A DNA stretch of 64,000 nucleotides from Candidatus Uhrbacteria bacterium (GCA_026395055.1 JAPLZK010000001.1:17527-81526); one strand, 5' to 3'; positions 19,515 through 29,502 are shown, numbered from the stretch's first letter. The notes: generated from the sequence alone by a model not told the origin. Made by a program: numbers and translations.

Positions 19515-20069
19515 TTATCTTTGTGCTTGCGCTTTGATTTTTGCAAGAGCATCCATAAATCCAATTGGGGTAAGAGATGATCCAGAAACAGTGTCAACTT
19601 GAACAGAATCAATTTTCATTCCAACAACAGCACTTACTTGTGTGGAAAAATAATTTTGCCAATTTTTGGATGTGCCGTTTCTTGCTTGTGGAGTAGCGCT
19701 GATTGCCGTAATGACATCATTTTTTAAGGTGAGCGATATACCAATGGTTTCTGGTCCTCCAGGAGCAACATAATTTCCGTTTGCGGAATAAGAACCATCT
19801 TTGTAGGTACTTTTTTGTGTTACAGGAGGAGTTGCTGTTGCGTCAGGGGTTGGAGCGGGTGTTGGCGTCTGTGTAGGTGAGGAGGTCGTTGTCTGTTCTG
19901 GTGCTGGAGCAGGGATCTGCATGGTTGGTGTTGTTGTAGCAGGTATTTGTGGTGGTTGGTCATCAAGCCCAGATCTTGCGGACATCATGAACGCGACGAG
20001 TCCGCCAAGGACCGCAATAATAACAACAAGGATAAGCCATTTTTGTGCAGGATTTTTTTGAGGTTCCAT
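19515..20069 (-). CDS. secreted/membrane-anchored FMN-binding domain protein (NqrC/RnfG/PplA-like)
   Basis: N-terminal TM/signal, Pro/Thr-rich linker, FMN_bind domain with DTVSGSSLT matching the ApbE flavinylation motif; start placed at MEPQKN. Confidence 0.7.
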   Translation of the reverse strand: MEPQKNPAQKWLILVVIIAVLGGLVAFMMSARSGLDDQPPQIPATTTPTMQIPAPAPEQTTTSSPTQTPTPAPTPDATATPPVTQKSTYKDGSYSANGNYVAPGGPETIGISLTLKNDVITAISATPQARNGTSKNWQNYFSTQVSAVVGMKIDSVQVDTVSGSSLTPIGFMDALAKIKAQAQR

Positions 20070-20195
20070 AAGATTAAATTTAGATGACACTAGTATAACG
20101 GCGAATACAGAGACTCGCAAGCATGCCGTTGCAACCATTTCATTGTTCAATGAATAGAAGATGATAGAATGCGACTATATTCTTGAATCCAATTT

Positions 20196-21833
20196 ATGCA
20201 TGCTGCTGAACTTTTTGTGAAATCTCTGGAACAAGAAGGGGTGAAATACGTTTTTGGTGTCCCTGGTGAAGAAAACCTTCGTTTTCTTGAAGCTTTGCGC
20301 ACGTCATCCATCCAATTCGTTCCAACGCGGCATGAACAGTCTGCGGGATTTATTGCTGCAACCATCGGAAGACTTACAGGAAAAACCGGAGTCGCTCTCT
20401 CAACCCTCGGACCTGGCGCAACAAACTTCATGACCGCTGCGGCATATGCGCAACTCGGCGGTATGCCCATGCTCATGATTACGGGGCAAAAACCGATTCG
20501 AAAAAGTAAACAAGGCGCATTTCAAATTATTGATGTGGTGAACATGATGCGTCCCGTTACCAAATTCACCAAACAACTTATTGATGGTGAGGCGGTAGCT
20601 GCAACCGTACGAGAAGCCTTTCGAGAAGCAGAGGAAGAGCGTCCAGGCGCTGTTCATATTGAACTTCCAGAAGATGTCGCAGATGACCTTGTAGAATCTC
20701 AACCACTGGAAGTCAAAAAAATTCGTCGACCAATTGCAGAAGAAAAAGCTATTTCACAAGCTGTTGAGCTTATTCAAAACGCCAAATCCCCTCTCCTCCT
20801 CATTGGAGCCGGAGCAAATCGTAAACTCACCGCAAAAATGTTGCGTGAGTTCATTGATAAAACAGGCATTCCATTTTTTGATACACAAATGGGAAAAGGT
20901 GTTGTAGATGAACGTCACGAGCTGTACGTCGGAACGGCTGCGTTATCTGCAAATGATTATGTGCATTGCGCGGTTGAGGCAGCAGACCTCATTATAAACG
21001 TCGGACATGATGTTGTAGAAAAGCCCCCATTCATCATGAAACGAAACGGACAAACGGTGATCCATATCAATTTCTATTCCGCGAAAATGGATCAAATTTA
21101 TTTTCCTCAACAAGAAGTCATTGGGGACATCGCAAATGCCATCTGGCAAATCAAAGAACGAATCACTCCGTCTTCACATTGGGACTTTTCCAAATTTCTG
21201 CACGCACGCAATCAGCTCTTATCCTATATTTCTTCTTCATCGATAGATCAATCCTTCCCCATTAAACCACAAACGCTTGTTGCAACCGTTCGTGAAACGC
21301 TTCCTTCTGACGGAATCGCCTGCCTTGATAACGGAATGTATAAACTCTGGTTTGCGCGACAATATCAAGCGCATGAGCCAAATACACTCCTTCTCGACAA
21401 TGCCCTTGCAACCATGGGCGCAGGTCTTCCCTCTGCAATTGCAGCCGCTATGTTATTTCCAGAGAAAAAAATTCTCGCAATCTGTGGCGACGGTGGATTC
21501 ATGATGAACTCCCAAGAAATGGAAACTGCCGTTAGACTTCGCCTCAACATCACGATTCTTTTATTAGATGACAATGGGTACGGCATGATCAAATGGAAAC
21601 AAACCGGCATGCAACTTCCAACCTTTGGCCTAGAATTCAAAAATCCAGATTTCGTGAAATATGCAGAAAGTTACGGAGCCTTTGGTCATGAATTAGAGAA
21701 GACCGAAGATCTGAAAGCCTTGATGAAAAAAACCTTTGCTGTTCCGGGCATTCACCTCATTCATATCCCCGTAGACTATTCCGAAAACGACAAAGTATTG
21801 AGCAAAGATTTAAAGAAACGTATTTGTTCCTAA
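20196..21833 (+). CDS. thiamine pyrophosphate-dependent acetolactate synthase (AlsS/IlvB family)
   Basis: 545 aa; TPP N-terminal pyrimidine-binding, central and C-terminal GDGG TPP-binding domains. Confidence 0.8.
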   Translation: MHAAELFVKSLEQEGVKYVFGVPGEENLRFLEALRTSSIQFVPTRHEQSAGFIAATIGRLTGKTGVALSTLGPGATNFMTAAAYAQLGGMPMLMITGQKPIRKSKQGAFQIIDVVNMMRPVTKFTKQLIDGEAVAATVREAFREAEEERPGAVHIELPEDVADDLVESQPLEVKKIRRPIAEEKAISQAVELIQNAKSPLLLIGAGANRKLTAKMLREFIDKTGIPFFDTQMGKGVVDERHELYVGTAALSANDYVHCAVEAADLIINVGHDVVEKPPFIMKRNGQTVIHINFYSAKMDQIYFPQQEVIGDIANAIWQIKERITPSSHWDFSKFLHARNQLLSYISSSSIDQSFPIKPQTLVATVRETLPSDGIACLDNGMYKLWFARQYQAHEPNTLLLDNALATMGAGLPSAIAAAMLFPEKKILAICGDGGFMMNSQEMETAVRLRLNITILLLDDNGYGMIKWKQTGMQLPTFGLEFKNPDFVKYAESYGAFGHELEKTEDLKALMKKTFAVPGIHLIHIPVDYSENDKVLSKDLKKRICS

Positions 21834-21839
21834 TTTCCT

Positions 21840-23204
21840 ATGTCTCTCACTTCCACCAATCCAACCACTGGAAACATGCTAAAGGAATATCCGGAACTCA
21901 CAGACACAGAGCTTGATGAAAAACTCACCCTCGCAGAATCGCAATTCGTGTCTTGGAAAAAAACATCTTTTGAAGAACGTGCAAATCTTTTTTTAACGCT
22001 CGCGGGATTATTCAAATCACGCGGAACAGAAATTGGAACACTTGCAACGCAGGAAATGGGAAAACCGCTCGCGCAAGCCATCGCAGAAGTAGAAAAATGT
22101 GCGAGCGTTTGTGAATATTATGCGCATCATGCCGCAACCATTCTTGCAGAAACTTCCATTGCATCTGATGCATCTGAAAGTTATGTCCGTTTTGATCCAA
22201 CAGGCGCTGTCCTTGCCGTCATGCCTTGGAATTTCCCCTTCTGGCAGGTTATGCGATTTGCGGCTCCTGCACTCATGGCGGGAAACGTTGGGCTTTTAAA
22301 ACACGCCTCAAATGTTCCGCAATGCTCCGAAGCTCTCGAAGATTTATTTTTGGAGGCGGGATTCCCTGTTGGGGTTTTTCAAAATCTCTTAATCGGTTCT
22401 GCAAAAGTTGAACGTGTCATTCGTCACAACATCGTTCAGGGCGTTGCGCTTACAGGCAGCGAATTTGCAGGAAGCAAGGTTGCCGCGCTCGCCGGCTCTC
22501 TCATTAAGAAGACCGTCTTAGAGCTTGGCGGAAGTGATCCATTCATCGTTCTTGAAGACGCCGACATCGAAACGACGGCCGCCGCTGCGGTGAAAGCACG
22601 CTTTCAAAACAACGGTCAAAGTTGTATTGCCGCAAAACGATTTATTATTGTAGACGCCGTTTATGATGCGTTCCTTTCTGCATTCAAAACAAATGTAGAA
22701 GCACTTGTCATTGGGGATCCAATGGATCTAACCACAGCGATTGGCCCAATGGTGAACAACTCCTCACGAGCAGAAATTGAAAAACAAGTTGCGGATTCCG
22801 TTGCGCTTGGGGCAGTTATTGAAACAGGTGGCGCATACCTTGAACGACCCGGATTTTATTTCGCTCCAACCATTCTTTCCAACGTGAAATCTGGAATGCC
22901 TGCGTATCATGATGAACTTTTTGGGCCGGTTGCATCCGTCATTCGAGTAAAAGATGCGGAAGAAGCCATCCACGTTGCAAACGATACCGTCTTTGGACTT
23001 GGTTCTAGCATTTGGACCAAAAATCTGGAGCTCGCAAAAGAACTGGCTCCACGCATTCGTGCGGGATCTGTCTTTGTGAATGGAATGGTGAAATCCGATG
23101 TGCGTCTTCCATTCGGAGGAACAGGAATTTCTGGATACGGACGAGAACTCTCAAGTTATGGAATCCTCGAGTTCGTAAATATCAAAACCGTGTGGGTGAA
23201 ATAA
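21840..23204 (+). CDS. NAD(P)-dependent succinate-semialdehyde dehydrogenase (aldehyde dehydrogenase family)
   Basis: 454 aa; ALDH catalytic Cys (GQSCIAAKR) and Glu (LELGG) motifs. Confidence 0.8.
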   Translation: MSLTSTNPTTGNMLKEYPELTDTELDEKLTLAESQFVSWKKTSFEERANLFLTLAGLFKSRGTEIGTLATQEMGKPLAQAIAEVEKCASVCEYYAHHAATILAETSIASDASESYVRFDPTGAVLAVMPWNFPFWQVMRFAAPALMAGNVGLLKHASNVPQCSEALEDLFLEAGFPVGVFQNLLIGSAKVERVIRHNIVQGVALTGSEFAGSKVAALAGSLIKKTVLELGGSDPFIVLEDADIETTAAAAVKARFQNNGQSCIAAKRFIIVDAVYDAFLSAFKTNVEALVIGDPMDLTTAIGPMVNNSSRAEIEKQVADSVALGAVIETGGAYLERPGFYFAPTILSNVKSGMPAYHDELFGPVASVIRVKDAEEAIHVANDTVFGLGSSIWTKNLELAKELAPRIRAGSVFVNGMVKSDVRLPFGGTGISGYGRELSSYGILEFVNIKTVWVK

Positions 23205-23205
23205 A

Positions 23206-23250
23206 AAAAGACGACTCATACGTGGGTCGTCTTTTTTTATTTAGAATCCA
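23206..23250. terminator. bidirectional terminator
   Basis: AAAAAAGACGACTCATACGTGGGTCGTCTTTTTTT. Confidence 0.6.
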
Positions 23251-25757
23251 TGCTTACGGTAAAAAAGTCGTTTCCCAATTTCTACAATCAACAAATAGAC
23301 GAGGACAAGACCTATGATAAGGAGCACGATCGGGAATGGTAATGGGGAAAAGTGAAGCAATGTTCCGATTGGGGTGTATGGAATAATCCAACCAACAGCC
23401 AAACACGCAAACGTACTCAGGAACAACCACTTACTTGGACGACTTTGTAAAAATGGAATCTTACGCGTTCGAATAATATGAATCACGAGCGTTTGGGTCG
23501 CGAGCGACTCCATAAACCACCCTGTTTGAAACACAGATTCAGAAACATGAAAAATGGAAAACAATAAGATGAATGTTGCAAAGTCGAAGAGCGAACTGAT
23601 GAGTCCAAATGTATACATGAACTTTTTCAATCGTTTCAGATCCCATTTGCGTGGTGTACGAATCCAATCTTCATCTACGTTATCAGAAGAAATCGTGAGT
23701 TGAGAAACATCGTAAACAAAGTTGTTGAATAAAATTTGAATCGGTAACATCGGTAAGAATGGAAGATAAAACACAGCTCCAAGAACAGAAAACATATTTC
23801 CGAAGTTCGAAGAAAGTCCCATCATGATGTATTTCATGGTGTTTCCAAACGATCTTCGACCTTCAATCACCCCACGTACAATCGATTCCAATCCTTTTTG
23901 TGTCAAAATAATATCCGCTGATTCTTTTGCTACATCCACAGCTGTATTCACCGAAATTCCCACATCTGCCGTCTTAAGCGATGGTGCATCATTGATTCCG
24001 TCCCCCATGTAACCAACCACATGCCCACCTGATCGAAGCGCAATGATCACCCGATTCTTTTCATCTGGAGAAAATCGCGCAAAGATGGTTGTCTCTTCTG
24101 CACGTACTCTAAGCGCATCATCCGTCATGGTTGAAATTTCTTTTCCGAGCAAAATTCCTTTCATAGGAAGTCCGATATCTGTACAAACTTTTTTTGTAAC
24201 AAGTTCGTTGTCTCCCGTAATAATTTTCACTTCGATTCCGTATTGTTCCAATTCAACAAGCACGCCCTTTACATCTTTTTTTGCCGGATCGAGAAACGAC
24301 ACAAATCCCATAAACGTGAGATCGGATTCATCTTCTTTTGCGTATTGCTCCTTCACCTCAACGTGTGATCGAATGGCAACCGCAAGCACACGAAATCCAT
24401 CGGCACTGAGTGATTCATAATACGCGATGGCTTTCGCATACAGTTCTTTCCCGAGCACACCTACACGATCACCCTGATGATACATCGTGCATTTCGCTAG
24501 AACTTCTTCTGGCGCGCCTTTTGTAATAAGCGTGCGGCCCTCTGGTCCTTCCACCGCAACACTCATGAGCTTACGCACAAAGTCGAATGGAATTTCTTCC
24601 ACCTTTTTATAGGCAGAAATATCTTGTCCATCAAAATCAATCACGGCTTTATCAAGCGGATTCTTTACACCCGTTTGATGAAAGCTATTTAAATAGGTGT
24701 ACAACAAAACGCGATCATCTTTTGCTCCAAACCCATCTGTAAATGTCACGAGTTGAATTTTATCTTCTGTGAGCGTTCCTGTTTTATCTGTGCACAAGAT
24801 ATCCATGCTTCCAAAGTTTGGCATCGCGGATAATCGTTTTACGATCACCCCGTCTTTTGCCATGCGCTCAGATCCACGTGCCATGGTCACGGACATAATA
24901 ACGGGCAAAAGCTCTGGGGTCACTCCAACGGCAATCGCCACCGCAAACATGAAGGACTCAAGAATGTCACGATGCATGAGCGCTTGAACAAGAAAGATTG
25001 TCATCACCAAAAACAAAATAATTTTTGAGATGAAAAATCCAAAGTGATCGATTCCCAACTCAAAATCACTCTTGTCTTGTTTTTTCAAAAGTGTCTCCGC
25101 AATTTTTCCAAACTCGGTTTGTTTTCCTATGGCAAAAACAACCGCACGTGCCGTTCCACTTACAACAGAAGAGCCAAGAAATAAGACGTGACTTGCTTCA
25201 TCTGTTCCAAACCCGCACGGATATTTTTCTTTTGGAAAGGATTCTCCTGTGAGCGCTGATTGATTCACGAAAAAATCATCTGCTTCAAAGACAATGGCGT
25301 CTGCGGGAATCAAATCTCCGGAACTCAAAAAAAGAATATCCCCAACACATACCTCCACGATCTTTATTTCTTTTTTTTCTCCCGATCGAATGACGGTCGC
25401 CGTTGCACTTACCTTATCTTTTAATCGTTTTGCCGCATTCCCTGCACTGTGTTCTTCAAAGAAATCCAAACACACACTCGCAAGAATCATGATCGTTACA
25501 ATCATCGAATTTGTAACCTGACCGAAATAAAGGGAGATCGCCGTTGCCGAGATCAAAATCAAAATGAGCGGACTTTTAAAATGAGAAAGAAATTCTAAAA
25601 CGATTCCAATTTCTTTTTTGTCAGAGATGGAATTTGGTCCATCTGTTTGAAATCGATGAAACACCTCAATATCTACAAGACCTTCTTTTGAGGTTTTTAA
25701 ATCAGAAAAGAGTTGTTCCGTAGAACAGGTGGCGTATTTTTCAGAAAGTTGGGACAT
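23241..25757 (-). CDS. P-type cation-transporting ATPase (Mg2+/Ca2+ type)
   Basis: 838 aa; DKTGTLT phosphorylation site, TGDN, GDGINDAPSL, 10 TM helices. Confidence 0.9.
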   Translation of the reverse strand: MSQLSEKYATCSTEQLFSDLKTSKEGLVDIEVFHRFQTDGPNSISDKKEIGIVLEFLSHFKSPLILILISATAISLYFGQVTNSMIVTIMILASVCLDFFEEHSAGNAAKRLKDKVSATATVIRSGEKKEIKIVEVCVGDILFLSSGDLIPADAIVFEADDFFVNQSALTGESFPKEKYPCGFGTDEASHVLFLGSSVVSGTARAVVFAIGKQTEFGKIAETLLKKQDKSDFELGIDHFGFFISKIILFLVMTIFLVQALMHRDILESFMFAVAIAVGVTPELLPVIMSVTMARGSERMAKDGVIVKRLSAMPNFGSMDILCTDKTGTLTEDKIQLVTFTDGFGAKDDRVLLYTYLNSFHQTGVKNPLDKAVIDFDGQDISAYKKVEEIPFDFVRKLMSVAVEGPEGRTLITKGAPEEVLAKCTMYHQGDRVGVLGKELYAKAIAYYESLSADGFRVLAVAIRSHVEVKEQYAKEDESDLTFMGFVSFLDPAKKDVKGVLVELEQYGIEVKIITGDNELVTKKVCTDIGLPMKGILLGKEISTMTDDALRVRAEETTIFARFSPDEKNRVIIALRSGGHVVGYMGDGINDAPSLKTADVGISVNTAVDVAKESADIILTQKGLESIVRGVIEGRRSFGNTMKYIMMGLSSNFGNMFSVLGAVFYLPFLPMLPIQILFNNFVYDVSQLTISSDNVDEDWIRTPRKWDLKRLKKFMYTFGLISSLFDFATFILLFSIFHVSESVFQTGWFMESLATQTLVIHIIRTRKIPFLQSRPSKWLFLSTFACLAVGWIIPYTPIGTLLHFSPLPFPIVLLIIGLVLVYLLIVEIGKRLFYRKHGF

Positions 25758-25760
25758 AAA

Positions 25761-27011
25761 TTAACAATGTTCTCCAGCGAGATATCCTGTTGTCCAACAA
25801 AGTTGGAGAGAAAATCCCCCGGATGGGCGGCGAATATGTAAAAGATCGCCTGTCACATACAGATTATCATATTTCTTTGTCGCACACGTCTTTGGGTCAA
25901 TCTCGGAAAGAGGCAATCCGCCATCTGACACAATCGCAAGATCGTTTCCCATGAGTCCTTCGATGGAAATCGTGAGGGATTTCATGGTTTGCACAAGAGC
26001 TTTGCGATCTTCTTTCTTTAGGCTATGCACTTTCATCATCGGATCAATTGATTTGATTTGTGACAAGATTGCGTCTGACATGCCGTCAGGAGCGAATGCT
26101 TTAAACACATTTTTGAGAGATTTATTTTTGTTTGCATCAAAAAATTCAACGAGCTGTTCATCAAGTGCGCCATGATCTGTATCTGGAAACGCATCAACAA
26201 GTGCAGTCACTTCCCCTTCGTGAAGGGCATCAGCGATTTTCGAGGACGCATTCAAAATAGTAGGACCAGACAAACCAAAGTGCGTAAACAAAATACGTCC
26301 TTTCAAAACAAAGGATCGCATTCCATCTACGAAGAAGGTGATACGCGCTGGATCAAGAGAAATTCCGGACAATTTTTTCACCCATTTTTCCGTGACGGCA
26401 ATTGGGACGAGAGTTGGTGTTGGATTTTGGACTTCAAACCCGAGATCCTTCAACCATTTAAATCCGTCTCCGGTTGATCCGGTTTCTGGATGAGACATTC
26501 CACCGGTCGCAAGAATAAATGCGTCGGCACGGTATTCATTCTTTCCAACAAACACTTTTTCAATATGTCCGTCTTTACCAACAATCTTTGTCACAGGCGA
26601 ATTTGTTTTGATCTCGACCGCTCCGTCGACCATGTATTTTTCCAAAACCAAAAAGACATCGAATGCTTTCTGCGTTTTTGGAAACGCACGTTTGTGCGCT
26701 TCGATTACAAGCGGCAATCCCCGTGATGGGAAAAACTCGAACGTTTGTTTTACACCGAAGATGGAAAATGGCGAGTAGAGAAATTTCTCGGCAGCACCAT
26801 AATGTGGAAGTAAAACGTGCGGATCCTCTTCAGCATTCGTAATGTTACATCGCCCACCACCCGAGATTTTTAACTTCTCCCCGAGCGCTTTATTTTTCTC
26901 GAGCAACAAAACTTTTTTGCCCCGAGCGGCTGCGCGACCTGCACACATCATGCCAGAGGCTCCACCACCAATCACAATGACGTCGTACTTTTTTTGATTT
27001 TTTGTTGTCAT
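25761..27011 (-). CDS. HI0933-family NAD(P)/FAD-dependent flavoprotein (BaiN/aminoacetone oxidase-like)
   Basis: YDVIVIGGGASGMMCAG dinucleotide-binding start and conserved C-terminal GG motif. Confidence 0.75.
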   Translation of the reverse strand: MTTKNQKKYDVIVIGGGASGMMCAGRAAARGKKVLLLEKNKALGEKLKISGGGRCNITNAEEDPHVLLPHYGAAEKFLYSPFSIFGVKQTFEFFPSRGLPLVIEAHKRAFPKTQKAFDVFLVLEKYMVDGAVEIKTNSPVTKIVGKDGHIEKVFVGKNEYRADAFILATGGMSHPETGSTGDGFKWLKDLGFEVQNPTPTLVPIAVTEKWVKKLSGISLDPARITFFVDGMRSFVLKGRILFTHFGLSGPTILNASSKIADALHEGEVTALVDAFPDTDHGALDEQLVEFFDANKNKSLKNVFKAFAPDGMSDAILSQIKSIDPMMKVHSLKKEDRKALVQTMKSLTISIEGLMGNDLAIVSDGGLPLSEIDPKTCATKKYDNLYVTGDLLHIRRPSGGFSLQLCWTTGYLAGEHC

Positions 27012-27052
27012 ATAGTGCCCACATCATCAAACAAAAAACCCTAACGTGCAAG

Positions 27053-27724
27053 TTAGGGCAGATAAAGGTCGCGAAGACGCGAAGAAAAGAGTGTTGATTT
27101 GGCAAGCTTACGAAGTGCAGATTGTTCGATCTGACTAATACGTTCTTTCGAGACACCAAATTCAAGACCGATCTCTGGTTGTGTTTGTCCGTCTGGATCC
27201 TGTGCGCCACACATGCCCACAAAACCGAAACGCCGACACAAAACCTCTCGTTCTCGATCGGTCATTTTTACGGTCATGATTGCCTCTTCAACAATCTTTC
27301 GACGTTCGTCGGAAAAAAACTGTGCAAACGAGGGATCATCACTCACATGAGGAGTTGTTGTTGCCTCTCTTTTCCTGGGGTCTGTCATGCGATCGAGGAA
27401 CGTCTCCGATGGATCTTCCCCAATTTGGCGATCGAGCGAATAAAATTTCCGCACCTTGTATTTATGTCGTCCTCCTTCACGTACACGACGAAGCGCCGGC
27501 TGTTTCACAATAGACTCTTGAATCGTGGCGCGAATTTTGGACATCGCGTGTCCGGCAAAACCGCCGAGTTCTGGTTTGAATGTTTGGAGCGCGCGCCACA
27601 AACCAATTCGACCATCCTGGCGCATTTCATCAAACGTAATTCCGTAGAAACACGCCCATGCCTGCTGCATAGCCACCTTTACGGCAAGTCCTTCATTTTG
27701 CTTGATGACTTGATCAATCTCCAC
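27053..27724 (-). CDS. sigma-70 family RNA polymerase sigma factor (compact, group 3-like)
   Basis: Region 2 (GRIGLWRALQTFKPELGGFAGHAMSKIRATIQESI) and region 4 HTH (ERISQIEQSALRKL). Start set at GTG with AGAGGAGGGG SD; the track ORF extends further 5' without support. Confidence 0.7.
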   Translation of the reverse strand: MEIDQVIKQNEGLAVKVAMQQAWACFYGITFDEMRQDGRIGLWRALQTFKPELGGFAGHAMSKIRATIQESIVKQPALRRVREGGRHKYKVRKFYSLDRQIGEDPSETFLDRMTDPRKREATTTPHVSDDPSFAQFFSDERRKIVEEAIMTVKMTDREREVLCRRFGFVGMCGAQDPDGQTQPEIGLEFGVSKERISQIEQSALRKLAKSTLFSSRLRDLYLP

Positions 27725-27730
27725 GTGATA

Positions 27731-27802
27731 CCCCTCCTCTTTAAACAAAGAACAGGTCAAAAATATACGTGATATGTACGTATTCGTCAATGAATCATTG
27801 AC
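27731..27802. promoter_or_regulatory. divergent promoter pair sharing the palindrome GTCAATGA-A-TCATTGAC
   Basis: Perfect 8-bp-arm palindrome at 27786-27802 supplies TTGAC -35 boxes on both strands; -10 TATATT for the sigma gene, and a weak -10 plus CAAGGAG SD for the 27877 gene. Confidence 0.45.
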
Positions 27803-27876
27803 AAAATTGCAAAAATGCCTTACACTTCCCAGTCGTTTAGACGCCCAGTACGACATGGGCACAAGGAGAGTGACAC

Positions 27877-28422
27877 ATGAAGCGAGTCCTTTGTTTGGTT
27901 TCTCTGGCAATTTGTCTGCTTTCGACGCAAGCGTTTGCAAAATCGGACAAGCCCATTCGGCCAGCGCATGACACGTCCTCAAACACGGACCTCTACAAGT
28001 ACGTCTGGCACTGCACCTTCACGGTGACACCAGACCGCAAGACCATTGCGTCTTGCGCGCCCGGCAAGTTCAACAACGCCCGGAAGTTCATTCCCGTTCC
28101 CGTCCAAAAGGATCACCACACGATTTCGAATCGCGTCGTGAAGTTCCTGACTGGCTTTTACGGAAACGAAACGTATCCGTACGAGGATGCCAAATCCAAG
28201 AAGCCTGTCGCGCGACCGGAACGATGTGAATTCGAACTGACCCACGGCGAAACAGCGAATCCGAATGACACGGCTGTCGTTCACGTTCGCTCCGGAACAT
28301 GCCCCCTCACAAGTCCTTCCGAACAGTTTTTGTTCCAAGATCGTCTGCTCAATGCTCTGAATGACATCGTCTATGAGCGCGGCGACGTTCCGGGCGGACT
28401 CGCAGAAAACAACGACGACTGA
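27877..28422 (+). CDS. secreted Cys-containing hypothetical protein
   Basis: 181 aa, Sec signal peptide (MKRVLCLVSLAICLLSTQAFA), 6 Cys, good SD. Confidence 0.6.
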   Translation: MKRVLCLVSLAICLLSTQAFAKSDKPIRPAHDTSSNTDLYKYVWHCTFTVTPDRKTIASCAPGKFNNARKFIPVPVQKDHHTISNRVVKFLTGFYGNETYPYEDAKSKKPVARPERCEFELTHGETANPNDTAVVHVRSGTCPLTSPSEQFLFQDRLLNALNDIVYERGDVPGGLAENNDD

Positions 28423-28467
28423 TTCTCTCTGACTCGATCACCATCGAGTTTTTTTATTCTCACAAAT

Positions 28468-28500
28468 AAAAAACCTCGAGAACAAACTCGAGGTTTACCT
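28468..28500. terminator. bidirectional terminator
   Basis: AAAAAACCTCGAG-AACAAA-CTCGAGGTTT. Confidence 0.6.
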
Positions 28501-29502
28501 TTAAACATGAAACTCACCGTCCTGATAAACAACCTCGTCGTCGATCATGATGCGATCAATATCCACAAACACATCCACATGATATCTCCCTTTCTTACGG
28601 TGCAGTCCTGGCTTTGCATAAATGGTGTGTTTTGCACCGAGTGATAAGTGCATCCCATGTTGTCTTTCAAAGGCGGTAATGTCGTAAACAATTTTGTCTT
28701 TGCTCATCGCACGGTTGAGTCCGAGTCCTAACTCGCGAACAATCACATCTTCATCCTCGCGAATGCGATCAAGAATGTCTTTGAAATCTTGTGGCGCGTC
28801 AGGCGCGTTCAAAATTCCATTCTCGACAATCACCTTAAACGGTTCAACGATCTGAATGTAGTGGTCTTGGTTTGCGTACCCAAAAATCATCGCTTCCCCA
28901 TTTACCCTTGTGAGGTCGCGTGCTTCGGTAAAAACTTCTCCGATCGGAAATGTTCCTCCAACATTTTTCATGTCTGAATAATCTCCGATATTCAATTTTG
29001 TTGGTTCCATTCCTGTGTCATACGTAAGAGTTGTGCCAGGACATTCAACAACAACTTTCGAGCATGTGTCGAGACGTTTCTTCAGTCCGTGTCCTTTTTC
29101 ATGATAAAACGCTTTCTCATATGCAAGCGCTTCAATATACACCGGAAACTGTGGTTCTTGGATTCTTGCGAGGTGAACATGCTCGATCGTTTTTAATCCA
29201 CGTGCAAACAATTCGATACGAATGCGAAATTCGTTTAAGCGAAAGTTCATGGACTGCACAAGCACAACAAGATCACCTTCTTTCAGCGATCGCATTTTTT
29301 GAATGACCTCTTCTGGCGTGACAGAATCGAAATCGAGGAACTCGCCATTTGGAAGCGCACCGCGATAACCATCCGTAATAATTTTCGTAAGTGGAGCGAT
29401 GGTATCAAAAATTACAAGCGCGTGTTCACTTGATTGGAGTTGAATGGCATCGTTCACGATGTCTGTCAGATGTTTTGTTGCAAGTTGTGTGAGGTCATTC
29501 AT
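28501..29502 (-). CDS. putative aminopeptidase (peptidase M29 / aminopeptidase T-like)
   Basis: 333 aa; GTFPIGEVFT and HLSLG blocks resemble the M29 family; tentative. Confidence 0.4.
   Translation of the reverse strand: MNDLTQLATKHLTDIVNDAIQLQSSEHALVIFDTIAPLTKIITDGYRGALPNGEFLDFDSVTPEEVIQKMRSLKEGDLVVLVQSMNFRLNEFRIRIELFARGLKTIEHVHLARIQEPQFPVYIEALAYEKAFYHEKGHGLKKRLDTCSKVVVECPGTTLTYDTGMEPTKLNIGDYSDMKNVGGTFPIGEVFTEARDLTRVNGEAMIFGYANQDHYIQIVEPFKVIVENGILNAPDAPQDFKDILDRIREDEDVIVRELGLGLNRAMSKDKIVYDITAFERQHGMHLSLGAKHTIYAKPGLHRKKGRYHVDVFVDIDRIMIDDEVVYQDGEFHV

Noticed and set aside
27122-27772. 216-aa plus-strand ORF
   Set aside because: Antisense to the sigma-factor gene, which has clear region 2/4 motifs; no RBS.
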